Source of the DNA: a virus
Lineage: Duplodnaviria; Caudoviricetes
Length of the DNA: 64,000 bases
Reading direction: 5' to 3' (one strand)
Virus record (IMG/VR): IMGVR_UViG_3300005076_000002
Coordinates: 1-64,000 of that record
Below are positions 27,068-36,800 of this stretch, in pieces; within the stretch, counting starts at the first letter, position 1; each line of letters opens with the position of its first letter. The position numbers and the translations under genes were made by a program. The notes beneath the pieces are model-generated. The model saw only the letters and a list, made by a program, of their open reading frames with translations. It was not told where the DNA came from and made no database searches.

Positions 27068-27586
27068 ATGTTTGAAAAGGTATTTGGGTATATATTATCA
27101 TTACGCAAACGGAAACGTATGCGTAAGCTGGAGCTGATACATAAAATGTCCGATAGCGAGCCCATTGATAAGGCGCTTGCTTATTGTTCCTTTTATGCGC
27201 AGCTTCCAAAGGCAGAGCCTACTATCAAGGAACGGATGAGTACCAGAGTCGCCACGCTGGTGCCTAACATCCTTGCTTTGGAGGAGGAGCTAAAGCGCAT
27301 TGCACAGCTAGTACAGGAAGAGGATAAACGTTTTAAGTATTACGAGACACTTCCTGTCTGGGGTGCTAATTCAGCACCTAAAACAATTCTGCTTGATGAA
27401 CTTTTGCAGAAGTCGGCGTATACCTACTATGACCTTAATTCAGCGATTGCTGCGATTGGGGAAAGCTTGAGGAGTATCAAGAATGGGGTAAAACAACCCC
27501 ACAATGAAAAGATGGAAACGTATTACCTGAAAAAACCAGGGGTCGTATATAGAGAAGCTGTAAATATATTACGACAAATTGTCTAG
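27068..27586 (+). CDS. Hypothetical protein
   Basis: 172 aa, SD AGGAG. Confidence 0.7.
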   Translation: MFEKVFGYILSLRKRKRMRKLELIHKMSDSEPIDKALAYCSFYAQLPKAEPTIKERMSTRVATLVPNILALEEELKRIAQLVQEEDKRFKYYETLPVWGANSAPKTILLDELLQKSAYTYYDLNSAIAAIGESLRSIKNGVKQPHNEKMETYYLKKPGVVYREAVNILRQIV

Positions 27587-27614
27587 TCACTGTTAAGTGT
27601 CAGATGGAGTCATA

Positions 27615-28037
27615 ATGAAGTCTAGAGATAAACCAACGGTTAAGTCAGCTTTTGAGAATCCAATTAAGCAGGCTAACCGTAGCCAAGGTATCTTGGCGAA
27701 GTTGTTTTGGAATATAGTCGCCAACTATGGGATTACCTATAGTACGTGGACTCGCACGTTACGTGGTTACGTTGTAGATCCTATGAACGTGCCTGAGCAA
27801 ACCGCTGCTCGGCGATCGGAGGCCAGAAACAACTTAGGTTCGGCTATTATCAATAAGAACCCGACATTTCTTCAATGGATACGGGCTATCAAAGCTAACG
27901 ACATTCGTCGTATTCGTATCACTGTAGAGACTTGGCGTGGGGACGATGAGGAGTACGTTACTGTTAGCTTGGACCAAGTCCTGAAACATACGGACGTGTC
28001 GCCAGAGCGAGCCGACGACGAACCCGAAGAGACATAG
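27615..28037 (+). CDS. Conserved phiKZ-like hypothetical protein
   Basis: ATG 27615 after GGAG; GILAKLFW..RNNL motif. Confidence 0.65.
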   Translation: MKSRDKPTVKSAFENPIKQANRSQGILAKLFWNIVANYGITYSTWTRTLRGYVVDPMNVPEQTAARRSEARNNLGSAIINKNPTFLQWIRAIKANDIRRIRITVETWRGDDEEYVTVSLDQVLKHTDVSPERADDEPEET

Positions 28038-28054
28038 CCGTTCAAGGAACGCAT

Positions 28055-29077
28055 ATGACCAAAGCACCAGTAGTAAAAACAGCAGGGCCGCGTGACGACC
28101 TAGTCAAAAAGGACGTCTATCGTGAAGACGTCCTAGCGGCGGCTAATACCTACATGTCACAGAATCCCACTGTGACGCGAGCAGGAGAATATTTAAAGAG
28201 CCTGGGTAATAACCCCAGTGGTCTATTGGGGGATATCACTGGTAGCGTTAAATCTACCGGGACGGGACTTGACCTTGATGCAAGCTCTATGCGTAAACGT
28301 CTCATGGGGACGTTAGGTGTTGGTAGTTTTATCAATGACCTGACGGACGGCATGAAGACCGACTTCCTTTCTACTATGATGGGGGTGGAAGGCGCAGAAG
28401 CGAAGATGCTCATCAACGAGGTCGAATATGCCATGGCAGGCGGGACCGATGCTTTGAGCGCATCCGGCATCGCCGATACGATTAATCGTCTGACTGGAAA
28501 CGCAGGACTGGTAAAGTTTCTAGACATAGGCGGTCAAGTCGGTATCGTTCGTTATCTTTCTGGTATGCTGAGCGACCTAGGGGCATTTGCCGCTATTGAT
28601 GAGTTGATCGCAACCATTAAGGACGAAAAAGAAAAGAACGCGATGCTTGAAGAGATGGCCATCCGTTCAGCAAGAATGGGCGACCTTGATGCCGTCGAGC
28701 ATTTTGTAGACGGCATGGGTAGTGGTCGCGCTCACGCCGTACGTGAGGAGCTTTGCACCGCAATAGTTTCTTATTTCAAATTCCCCTTTGAAAATCAACA
28801 GCCGTGGGCAATATATGGAGAAAAGATCTCCGCGCTCATGAGCAAGATTGATGCGGGGTGGTGGTTGGATGAACGCAAAGAAGGCGGCGGTGATTTGAAA
28901 TACCTCTGTGTGTGTTCTGAAGATGCTTACACGGCATTGACGAATCTTTCTACAGCAGGCAATGCAAAGAACCAAGCCATTGTCACATTCACGATAGCCG
29001 CATCCACCATTAAAAGCGAAAGTGTCGACATGGTACTTCGCACCTCATTCCCACAAGTACCTACTTGGAGCAACTAA
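28055..29077 (+). CDS. Putative virion structural protein
   Basis: 340 aa; GPRDDL..KDVY N-terminus recalled from phiKZ-like virion proteins. Confidence 0.55.
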   Translation: MTKAPVVKTAGPRDDLVKKDVYREDVLAAANTYMSQNPTVTRAGEYLKSLGNNPSGLLGDITGSVKSTGTGLDLDASSMRKRLMGTLGVGSFINDLTDGMKTDFLSTMMGVEGAEAKMLINEVEYAMAGGTDALSASGIADTINRLTGNAGLVKFLDIGGQVGIVRYLSGMLSDLGAFAAIDELIATIKDEKEKNAMLEEMAIRSARMGDLDAVEHFVDGMGSGRAHAVREELCTAIVSYFKFPFENQQPWAIYGEKISALMSKIDAGWWLDERKEGGGDLKYLCVCSEDAYTALTNLSTAGNAKNQAIVTFTIAASTIKSESVDMVLRTSFPQVPTWSN

Positions 29078-29826
29078 TGTACACTCTCATTACTAAGTAC
29101 CCGAACATTGATATTCTGACTGATCTCGAGACCAAGCGTATTGTGGCGTTGGCTAACAAAGACCGCTCGCGTATTTATCGCGCGTGCTCCATCGACGCCG
29201 TCAAAGAACAATTCGGTGTTCATGACGAACAAGTAATGTCTTTCTTCGGACATCGTTCCGAGGTGTTCCTTGGCGATGACGACGTCATGGTGACAAAATG
29301 CATCTATACCGGCCGTACGGTTAAGATCTCTCTGAAGACTGCCATGTTTGTACTGGCTGCCAGTTCCGTCGTGGACGTGTGGAAGTTGGCTGCACGCATT
29401 AACGACCTCCATCAGGCCAATCACAAAGAACGCGACGAAGCTATTCGTGAAGGCAACCGCATGTACGTTACCTACTGCGGCCGCGCTGATGCCACTCGTC
29501 CGAATATGGTGATGCTGGCGCTGTTCAAGCACATCGACGTCGAAGGTAAGGACATCAAAAGAGTCTACGCTACACTCGACAAAGATAATGAACCGCTGGA
29601 AATCGAGAGCATGTACGAATTGCTCGAAGCTCTGGGCGCGTTTACTCATCCGTACCAGGTTGAGTTCACCCGTAGCGATGAGATGGATGCGAAGGTCATC
29701 GAATTCTTCAATCGCTATCACAAGCGCTCGATCGTAGAAGAGGCGCTGGAGTTCATTGACCAATGTGCGACTACGAACCAGTTACCGATTACATCCGGCG
29801 ATGCCGCCTACATACAGCACAGCTAA
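29077..29826 (+). CDS. Hypothetical protein
   Basis: ATG 29077 (TAATG coupling, GGAG). Confidence 0.7.
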   Translation: MYTLITKYPNIDILTDLETKRIVALANKDRSRIYRACSIDAVKEQFGVHDEQVMSFFGHRSEVFLGDDDVMVTKCIYTGRTVKISLKTAMFVLAASSVVDVWKLAARINDLHQANHKERDEAIREGNRMYVTYCGRADATRPNMVMLALFKHIDVEGKDIKRVYATLDKDNEPLEIESMYELLEALGAFTHPYQVEFTRSDEMDAKVIEFFNRYHKRSIVEEALEFIDQCATTNQLPITSGDAAYIQHS

Positions 29827-30557
29827 ACGTAGGTAAGGTAGTTAAACGTGTGCCTAAGGTTGTATTCTTAGACACTACGGTTAAAAGCGGTGGGGACTTT
29901 GCCAAACGGTTCTTGGCACCATCGTGGGACATGCTCTCGAAATACCGTTCCGGCGGTGGGGAAATTGAGTATACGTTGGCCTATTTAAAGAAGCTTCATG
30001 ATAACAAAGAAACGATTGTTAACATGTTCACTGGCTTTATAAACAAATACGGCCTTCGTGAACTTATTCTTGGCTGCTATTGCCGATCAGATAAATTCTG
30101 TCATCGACATCTCCTGTCTCGATTTCTTCTAGAGAACATACCTAATATCGAAAAAGGCGGGGAGTTAACAAGTCAGTCTTTTGAAATGGTAGAAGGGTTT
30201 AATCCTGTCATACTGTCTTACGGCGAATTCGCCGAAATTCCAGATGATGAGATAGCGCAGCTTATCGGCTGTGAGTATACGTTGGTTCCTGATGAGACAC
30301 TCTCTGACGAAGAGAGGGTTAAGAAGGCGATCAGCGATGCCTATAAGGCCATAGCTAGATGCGATGGTCCCATTTTAGATAAGACTGGCTTGTTGCTTAA
30401 ATGCGATACGCTGGACATACCTGTTGTAGAAGTCACTATGCCTGAAGAAGTGCGTTCGCAGTTCTTTAAGCTGTGGCCGCTCCCGTCACCGGAGAAACCA
30501 GATCAAAGATTCACTGAGTGGATGGGTACTCTCTACCAGGAATGTTTGCCTAAATGA
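29763..30557 (+). CDS. DUF488-like protein
   Basis: HTAQ..DTTVKSG, LAPSWDM, LGCYC....CHRHLL. Confidence 0.65.
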   Translation: MCDYEPVTDYIRRCRLHTAQLNVGKVVKRVPKVVFLDTTVKSGGDFAKRFLAPSWDMLSKYRSGGGEIEYTLAYLKKLHDNKETIVNMFTGFINKYGLRELILGCYCRSDKFCHRHLLSRFLLENIPNIEKGGELTSQSFEMVEGFNPVILSYGEFAEIPDDEIAQLIGCEYTLVPDETLSDEERVKKAISDAYKAIARCDGPILDKTGLLLKCDTLDIPVVEVTMPEEVRSQFFKLWPLPSPEKPDQRFTEWMGTLYQECLPK

Positions 30558-30570
30558 AGGATTATAGTAA

Positions 30571-31149
30571 GTGAGCGTAGTTAGGATTGGAGGCGTGGAC
30601 TATCACACTGAAGATGATGGCGTTACGCATATCAATGTTTATAGTGGTGCTAAGACGGAGTTGGGTCGTTTCTGGTCTAACTTCTCTGCCACCGATACGC
30701 AAACGCCACACGGGTGGTTTTCATCATTGGAGGCCTACTATCATTATCTGAAAATAACCAGGTCGCTTGCGACCATACCGGATATCCCATCAGAGCTGAA
30801 CATTTCAGCCGAATTGGAGAAGCTGAAAAGGCTATCTGGTAAGCCGGCGCAAAATGCCGGCCGAGAGTTGCGTAAAAGGATGGCTGGGTTTGGCATCTAT
30901 ACAATCGATGTTCCTGACGAAAGGTTTAACATCCATTTTAAAGAGGCGTTGGTTAACAAACTGAATAGCAACCATGCTATGCGCGATAAAACTCTCGCCA
31001 ATGAACTGCCACTCGTACATTATTACGTCATGGGTAAAAACGTTTATTACAAACCCCACTTCAGCTGGCTCACTGATCAAATCAATGCTGTCATTGAAGA
31101 CACGGAGTATTTAATTCATGCAGGTACTCGAAAGTCAAGGGCCGGTTAA
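30571..31149 (+). CDS. NADAR-like protein
   Basis: HINVYS..KTELGRFWSNF...G.FSSLEAYYHYLK..G..A...GR resembles the NADAR LSNF/F.S.E.YY..K core. Confidence 0.55.
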   Translation: MSVVRIGGVDYHTEDDGVTHINVYSGAKTELGRFWSNFSATDTQTPHGWFSSLEAYYHYLKITRSLATIPDIPSELNISAELEKLKRLSGKPAQNAGRELRKRMAGFGIYTIDVPDERFNIHFKEALVNKLNSNHAMRDKTLANELPLVHYYVMGKNVYYKPHFSWLTDQINAVIEDTEYLIHAGTRKSRAG

Positions 31150-31681
31150 AACGACCGGCAGCAAGGTTATGGATAATGCCTATGCGATTATTGATCGCGC
31201 TGGGCTTTATCACAACCTGACTTCTGAGGCAGTGTTGATGGTTAATGACATCAGCGCCATGCTGGCACGCAAGGCGCGTGTCGGTACTGGGACTGCCCAG
31301 CGATTGCGACAAAAGATCGCAAGATTGGAAAACGAACTGCGCGTAGTCGACATGCTCGATCTCCTTCGCAACATCGTTCTTAATACTACGGACGGTGAGA
31401 AGTTCAGTTTCCCGATGAAGAACGGTCGTTACGCACTCTGTGTCGACGGTGTATCGCGCGGTGCGTTCTTTACCATGCAAAGCCTAGTCGACGACGGCTT
31501 ACCTGACGATTGGATTGATGGTATCCCTACGCGCGTTTACTTCAGCGAGTTTACGGCTGCATTGGATCCAAAACTGCTTGGTAAGAAACCGTTTCCTAAA
31601 CCCATCACTAAAGCAGTGCGTTGGATTTATCGTAACGGCGGCATTGATTTCGTTCGTCAAGAACCTACGGCCGCCCATTGA
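31118..31681 (+). CDS. Hypothetical protein
   Basis: 187 aa, SD GGAG, followed by a terminator. Confidence 0.7.
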   Translation: MQVLESQGPVKTTGSKVMDNAYAIIDRAGLYHNLTSEAVLMVNDISAMLARKARVGTGTAQRLRQKIARLENELRVVDMLDLLRNIVLNTTDGEKFSFPMKNGRYALCVDGVSRGAFFTMQSLVDDGLPDDWIDGIPTRVYFSEFTAALDPKLLGKKPFPKPITKAVRWIYRNGGIDFVRQEPTAAH

Positions 31682-31688
31682 GCGGCAT

Positions 31689-31726
31689 AAAAAGCAGGGG
31701 CCCGAAGGCCCCTGTTCTTTTTTTTT
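31689..31726. terminator. Bidirectional terminator (repeat family copy 2)
   Basis: AAAAAGCAGGGGCC-CGAA-GGCCCCTGTTC followed by T9. Confidence 0.9.
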
Positions 31727-31729
31727 GTC

Positions 31730-33853
31730 TCACCGTGATATAGACGTCCCAGCCGTGATGTTTGCAAATGCACGAGTGAGTGCCCAAGAACCGATGTCGT
31801 TGGAAATACGACCAGCCATGAATCTGGATTTCCAGGACTGTTTCCATACGTTGAAGTTCAGGGTGATTTTACGCAGAGCGTAGTTAAGGTCTTGCAGAGA
31901 TGCAGCGCCTAAGGTGGCCATGTAATCGGTGTACTTGTTGTCATCGTCGAAAATGCCACGGTCTTTCAACAGAGGCATGGTCAATACGGTGGTCAAGTCC
32001 TTCACGTTGAAGGTTACATCGATCGCCATTGGCTTACCATCGGCACGCCAACCGTAGTTACCTACACCACGAGTAATCGTCATGGAGTCGATAATGCCCA
32101 GTCGAGTAGTTTGCTTACCGCGACTGAAGATCTCACAGAGGAACGGAGATACGAACGATTGCTTACCTGTGGACAGGGGCAGTGCGCCAGCCAGCAGGAA
32201 ACACAACGGTACGATCAGGTTCTGGAACAGTGAGAAGTCATTACCATACGGCGAGCGGAGCTGGATGGTGTAGGACTGAGACCCTACGTTGGCCTGACTG
32301 TCGTCCCACACTTCAGGGAAGTCGACAATGGAACCACCCGCCACAGCGAGTAGGCCGGACAGCTGTAAGCTATCCAGTGCACCAGCCATGAAGTCCCTAA
32401 CGCCCGTAGTTACCGTGTCCACTGTATCAAAGCCAGTATTACCACCAGACATGGAGAAGTCAATCGTCCTAGCTTTTGCTGAGATCGAGTTAACTGTAGA
32501 GGCAATCTCAGGCGTTTTCGTACTGTTGGTAATTGAGTCAGTGACGGTCTCTTTGGGATCCACACGGAATGAAACCCACTGAGCGCCATCCTTTACTTCA
32601 GATGAAAGACCTTCAGTTACGTTACCGAAGAAATCGGCCAGACCTGCCCAGAACGAGTTACCGTCTTGGTTAGGGTCAACCGTTTGACCTTCGCTATCCC
32701 CACCTACTGCCTCACCGGTAGTCGGGTCAGTGGGAGGTGGCTTACTACCCTCTTCTTGCTCCGACAGTACACCTTCGGCACTTACCCCATCGACACTACC
32801 GAGTTTAGTTTGAGCTTTGTTCCAATACGCCGCTTCCGCTTCATCGGTTGCTTCATCTTGCTGATAAAGCTGGTTGTTCGAATAAGCAAACGCAAGCGTC
32901 TCTAACGAACTGTCACCTGCTTGGTCGGCATACCCCTGCTGGTCACGGCCGGAAGCCTTACTGCGCGCTATATACTCTTTTAGGGCCTGGTTAACCGAAA
33001 CGCCAGTCTTCGTCGCGTTGTCGTAAATCTCCTCCATCTTGGCGGATTGGTAGTTAGCCAAAACCTGATAGCGGTTCATCATCTTGAACACGTCGAACTT
33101 ACCGTTGGATTTCCAGATATCCGGCAGGGCTTTGTATATCTCATCCATCGATGGTTTGAGTTTGTTATCTTCACGTGTTGCGTCAAGATAGGCATTCGAA
33201 CCAAAGATGTCCCAAAGAGGAACCATCTTCCAATGGACGAGCTGAGTATCTACCATTGCCTGCACCGCTTGCAGATAGAGGTGCATTGTTGGCTTAAGAT
33301 AGTAATACTTGGAGGGTTTCTTGTTCAGGACGAATTTCAACGTCTGTGACGTGATCATCAGCGGGAACAGTACAGCCCACGGCACGATGTAAAACATCGC
33401 TGCCAAGCCAGCTATCTGACCACCACGGAACATCAGGGTGTACTCACCATGCTTTGCGAGCCGGTAAGCGTTACGGTCAAACATGTTGGCAAAGAACGCA
33501 ATCGCACCGGTATATTTAGCAACACCGAAGCGCATGTGTATTTGCTGGTTGTTCTCTTCAAACAGTTCGTTATAAACACGACCAAGTTGGTAGCTACCAC
33601 GGTTCCCCTCATTCTGTAACCAACGGTTGCCATCTTCATGGTTGTTCGTGGCAAACAAACCAGTTGAACGGATGTCGGCAAAACGAGTAAACTGTGGTGG
33701 TGGGTTGATTACGGCGTTACCGCCGAGTGTAGTATCTGCAAACTTGAAATCGCCCGACGTAGGCTGTCGGGTCGACAGGTTGCGACTATCGTGCGATGAC
33801 GGACTAAGACCGAACATACCACGCACCCAGCGTCTGTTCTCTCTTCCGATCAT
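31730..33853 (-). CDS. Tail/baseplate structural protein (phiKZ gp182-like)
   Basis: KFADTTLGGN.VINPPPQFTRFAD motif; directly downstream of the gp181-like gene; start at ATG 33853 after GGAG. Confidence 0.75.
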   Translation of the reverse strand: MIGRENRRWVRGMFGLSPSSHDSRNLSTRQPTSGDFKFADTTLGGNAVINPPPQFTRFADIRSTGLFATNNHEDGNRWLQNEGNRGSYQLGRVYNELFEENNQQIHMRFGVAKYTGAIAFFANMFDRNAYRLAKHGEYTLMFRGGQIAGLAAMFYIVPWAVLFPLMITSQTLKFVLNKKPSKYYYLKPTMHLYLQAVQAMVDTQLVHWKMVPLWDIFGSNAYLDATREDNKLKPSMDEIYKALPDIWKSNGKFDVFKMMNRYQVLANYQSAKMEEIYDNATKTGVSVNQALKEYIARSKASGRDQQGYADQAGDSSLETLAFAYSNNQLYQQDEATDEAEAAYWNKAQTKLGSVDGVSAEGVLSEQEEGSKPPPTDPTTGEAVGGDSEGQTVDPNQDGNSFWAGLADFFGNVTEGLSSEVKDGAQWVSFRVDPKETVTDSITNSTKTPEIASTVNSISAKARTIDFSMSGGNTGFDTVDTVTTGVRDFMAGALDSLQLSGLLAVAGGSIVDFPEVWDDSQANVGSQSYTIQLRSPYGNDFSLFQNLIVPLCFLLAGALPLSTGKQSFVSPFLCEIFSRGKQTTRLGIIDSMTITRGVGNYGWRADGKPMAIDVTFNVKDLTTVLTMPLLKDRGIFDDDNKYTDYMATLGAASLQDLNYALRKITLNFNVWKQSWKSRFMAGRISNDIGSWALTRAFANITAGTSISR

Positions 33854-33886
33854 AGACAACTCCAAAAATAAGGGGCCGGAGCCCCT

Positions 33887-36800
33887 TTAACCTCTACCCA
33901 TGCTGATAGGTGCATCAGCGTGTACGATTGATGGCGCAGCCTGCTGCCTTGATGTAGTCTGCTGTACCGGCTTCAAAGGCGTGGCTTGTTGGCCACTAAA
34001 GCCACCGCCGCCCCCCACCTTTTTCTCGATGTTAAGCAACGTCCCAGAGATCTTCCGCAGTTCTTTGAGCTGCTCTCTCATGAGTACGGCCATATTCTCG
34101 CCGCGTTCTGCATTATTCTCAGATACGGCACTCGCTGCATTATTAGAACGTACGGTCTGGCGATGTTTCTCCAGATCGATGTCCGCAATGATGCGAGCAC
34201 CGCTATCTTTGATGTCTGCAACTTCGGCACCGGCGTCAGCATTCTTTTTTGCCATCGCTTTAGCTGCGTCGCTTACTTCCTTCTCAGAAACGGGCTTATC
34301 AGCCCCACCGATTGGGAGCGGAACGTCAGCATTAGCGAAGCGGACAGACTTGGCTGCATCAGCACCAGCCTTGGCCACGGAGGCCGTCTTAGCGGCTTCA
34401 GGAGAGGCCACTTCTGGCCCACCCTTGTCTCCAGCTTGGGCAGCAAGAGCTGGCGGTACTGATACCTTGGTATCCGATCCAGGCAGATCTACTTTAGCAT
34501 CGGGAACCTTTTCAGCGATCCCGAGATAACGCTTCACATGCATCTGGTTGGTTCTGGCGCGATCAATGAACGACTGGTAGACCTGCGCGAATGTGCGGTA
34601 TCTACCTTGGCCGTCTTTGAACACACCTGGGTTTGCGGAGGCTGCTGATTGCAGTACCTTAGCCGCGATAGCATTAGGATTCTTTGTGAGATTGGACAGG
34701 AACTTCGGTCCATCCCCAGAACCCATCATGTGCATCACGTACATATCAGCAGGGTTGGCTTTACGTCCCAGCGCACGAGCGGCTTGTTTGGCACCCTCTT
34801 TGAGGAACTCACCACCAAGCAGCGCGTTAGCCGCAGGGTCAAATGCGGAAGCCTGTGAAGGAATACCGTACTTGTTACCCCACTTACGTTTAACCTCTCC
34901 CCACGTATCCCACTTCCCACCTACCAAGAACTGGAACAAACCCTTAGCACTGGAAGTTTTCGCACCAGCGCCTGGGTCGAGTGACGATTCCATCATCGCG
35001 ACGGTAAGCATCTCTCCCGGATCCATCCCGGTGAGTCGAGCAGCGTGGGCTACCAACTTAGCCATGGTGGCTCGGTCTTTGCCCTTATACTGTTTCAGGT
35101 CGGCATAACCGCCAGAACCTTCCTCTACACCGTTGTATAGTCCAGTATCGATATCAAAGCCGCTAGTATCGATGTTAGCAGGGACATTACTGCCGCCGCC
35201 TTCCATCATCCCAGAGATATCAGCGTTGGCCATCGCGGCTTCCCGTTGGGAAGCGACAGACGGCTTATTCTTATCCTGGTTAACACGCCAGTCGATAGCG
35301 CGATTACCGCCACGTACTGGAGCTGCTTGAGCTTTGATACCCTTATCCTTGGCCTTGGTTTGCTCACGGAGCAACATTTCCTTACGACGTTCCTCGAGGA
35401 AGCGTAGGTTGTCGTTCACGGCATTACCGATAGCTACCGGATCATAATCGTTCTTGACTCGCCACGGGGACAAGTCGAGTTCCCACACACTGACTTTCTT
35501 ACCGCCAAATTGTACTTTGGCTCCCACCAGCCCTACACCGATATCGTAGAGTTCTGCCGTCTTACTGGTATTGTATAGATCGAACGGATTACCGTTCGGA
35601 ATATACTGCTTAACCAGATTGAAGTATTGCAGGTAAATAGGCAGGAAGCGCAGGGTGAACCATTGCTTGGCTTTCGCCACCGCCGTTTTATCTCGGAAGT
35701 AAACGCCGAGTATCGACACGACCTCTTCAGTTATACCATCCAAGTTACCCTTAAATACCCAACGACCGGACTCTTTGATCATGCCAGGGGTTAGCAAGTC
35801 TTCTATCTTGTACAGCATTGCGATACGAGAGATATCAAACTTATACAGACCATAGGCACGCAGACGGATTGCAGTCAATGCATCGATGTCTTTACTGATG
35901 GGTCGTCCATTGACGATAGTTGATACGCCATAGACTGCGACGTTGCCCTTACGCATGGATTCGTCCATACGACGGTTCTTATCTTCTTCAGCGGCAGTGG
36001 CAGCTACCTTCCAGTCAACTTTCTTCTCTTCACGATTATTGGCATCACCGGAAGTGATGGCCTTACCGGAAAGATCCTTTTGATCTGGAGCACCGTTGAG
36101 TTTCTTACGATCCTCTGGCATGGTAGGTGTGAATTTAACCATAGTGCCGATTTCATCGCGGACATCGTTACCAATTTCCACGACCTCAGCGCCAGTCAAC
36201 ATCGTCGGATCATCGAACGGACCTTGGTCCACTCTGAAGATCGGATGCTTGTCATTCAACACGCAGCTATCAAAGATTTTCTTTTGGAGTATCGGATGGG
36301 TCTTGTTCTTATCACCGATGTCCTTCAGCCCGACGGCTGGGGCATGTTGACGAGCACGTGAAACCCAGATCAGGTAGGCAGGGATGAAACGACCAAACAG
36401 CCAGTTGTTCCAGCGCTTCTGCTGATCTTTATCCTCGGGGTTAATACCAAACCCTTCGGCGATACGATGAGTTACCGCTTCATTCATACCGCGAATGGAT
36501 GCAACGCCCTCCTTGTTAAAGGAAGTGTAGCGAAGGAATGAGTCTTCCAGATAACGCAGCTTAGGAATATCTTCCTTATCCTCTCGCTCGTATTCCTGAA
36601 CCCCGTATTGTGCAAAGCGATACATGTCCAGCGGAGCCGCCACTTTACGAGTGGCGAGCTTGTAGGCCACATACCCGACAGTTGCGGCTATTGCCAGGGG
36701 AGAGGAGATAGCGCCTATGGCTAGCGTACCAGCCCAACGCAACCCGCCCATGATAGTTGCACGACCCAACCACTTCAGAACACCACCGGTCGCACGAAGA

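Noticed and set aside
29763-29826. 64-bp overlap between ORFs as another frameshift
   Set aside because: The downstream ORF has its own GGAG and ATG and a complete DUF488-like N-terminus
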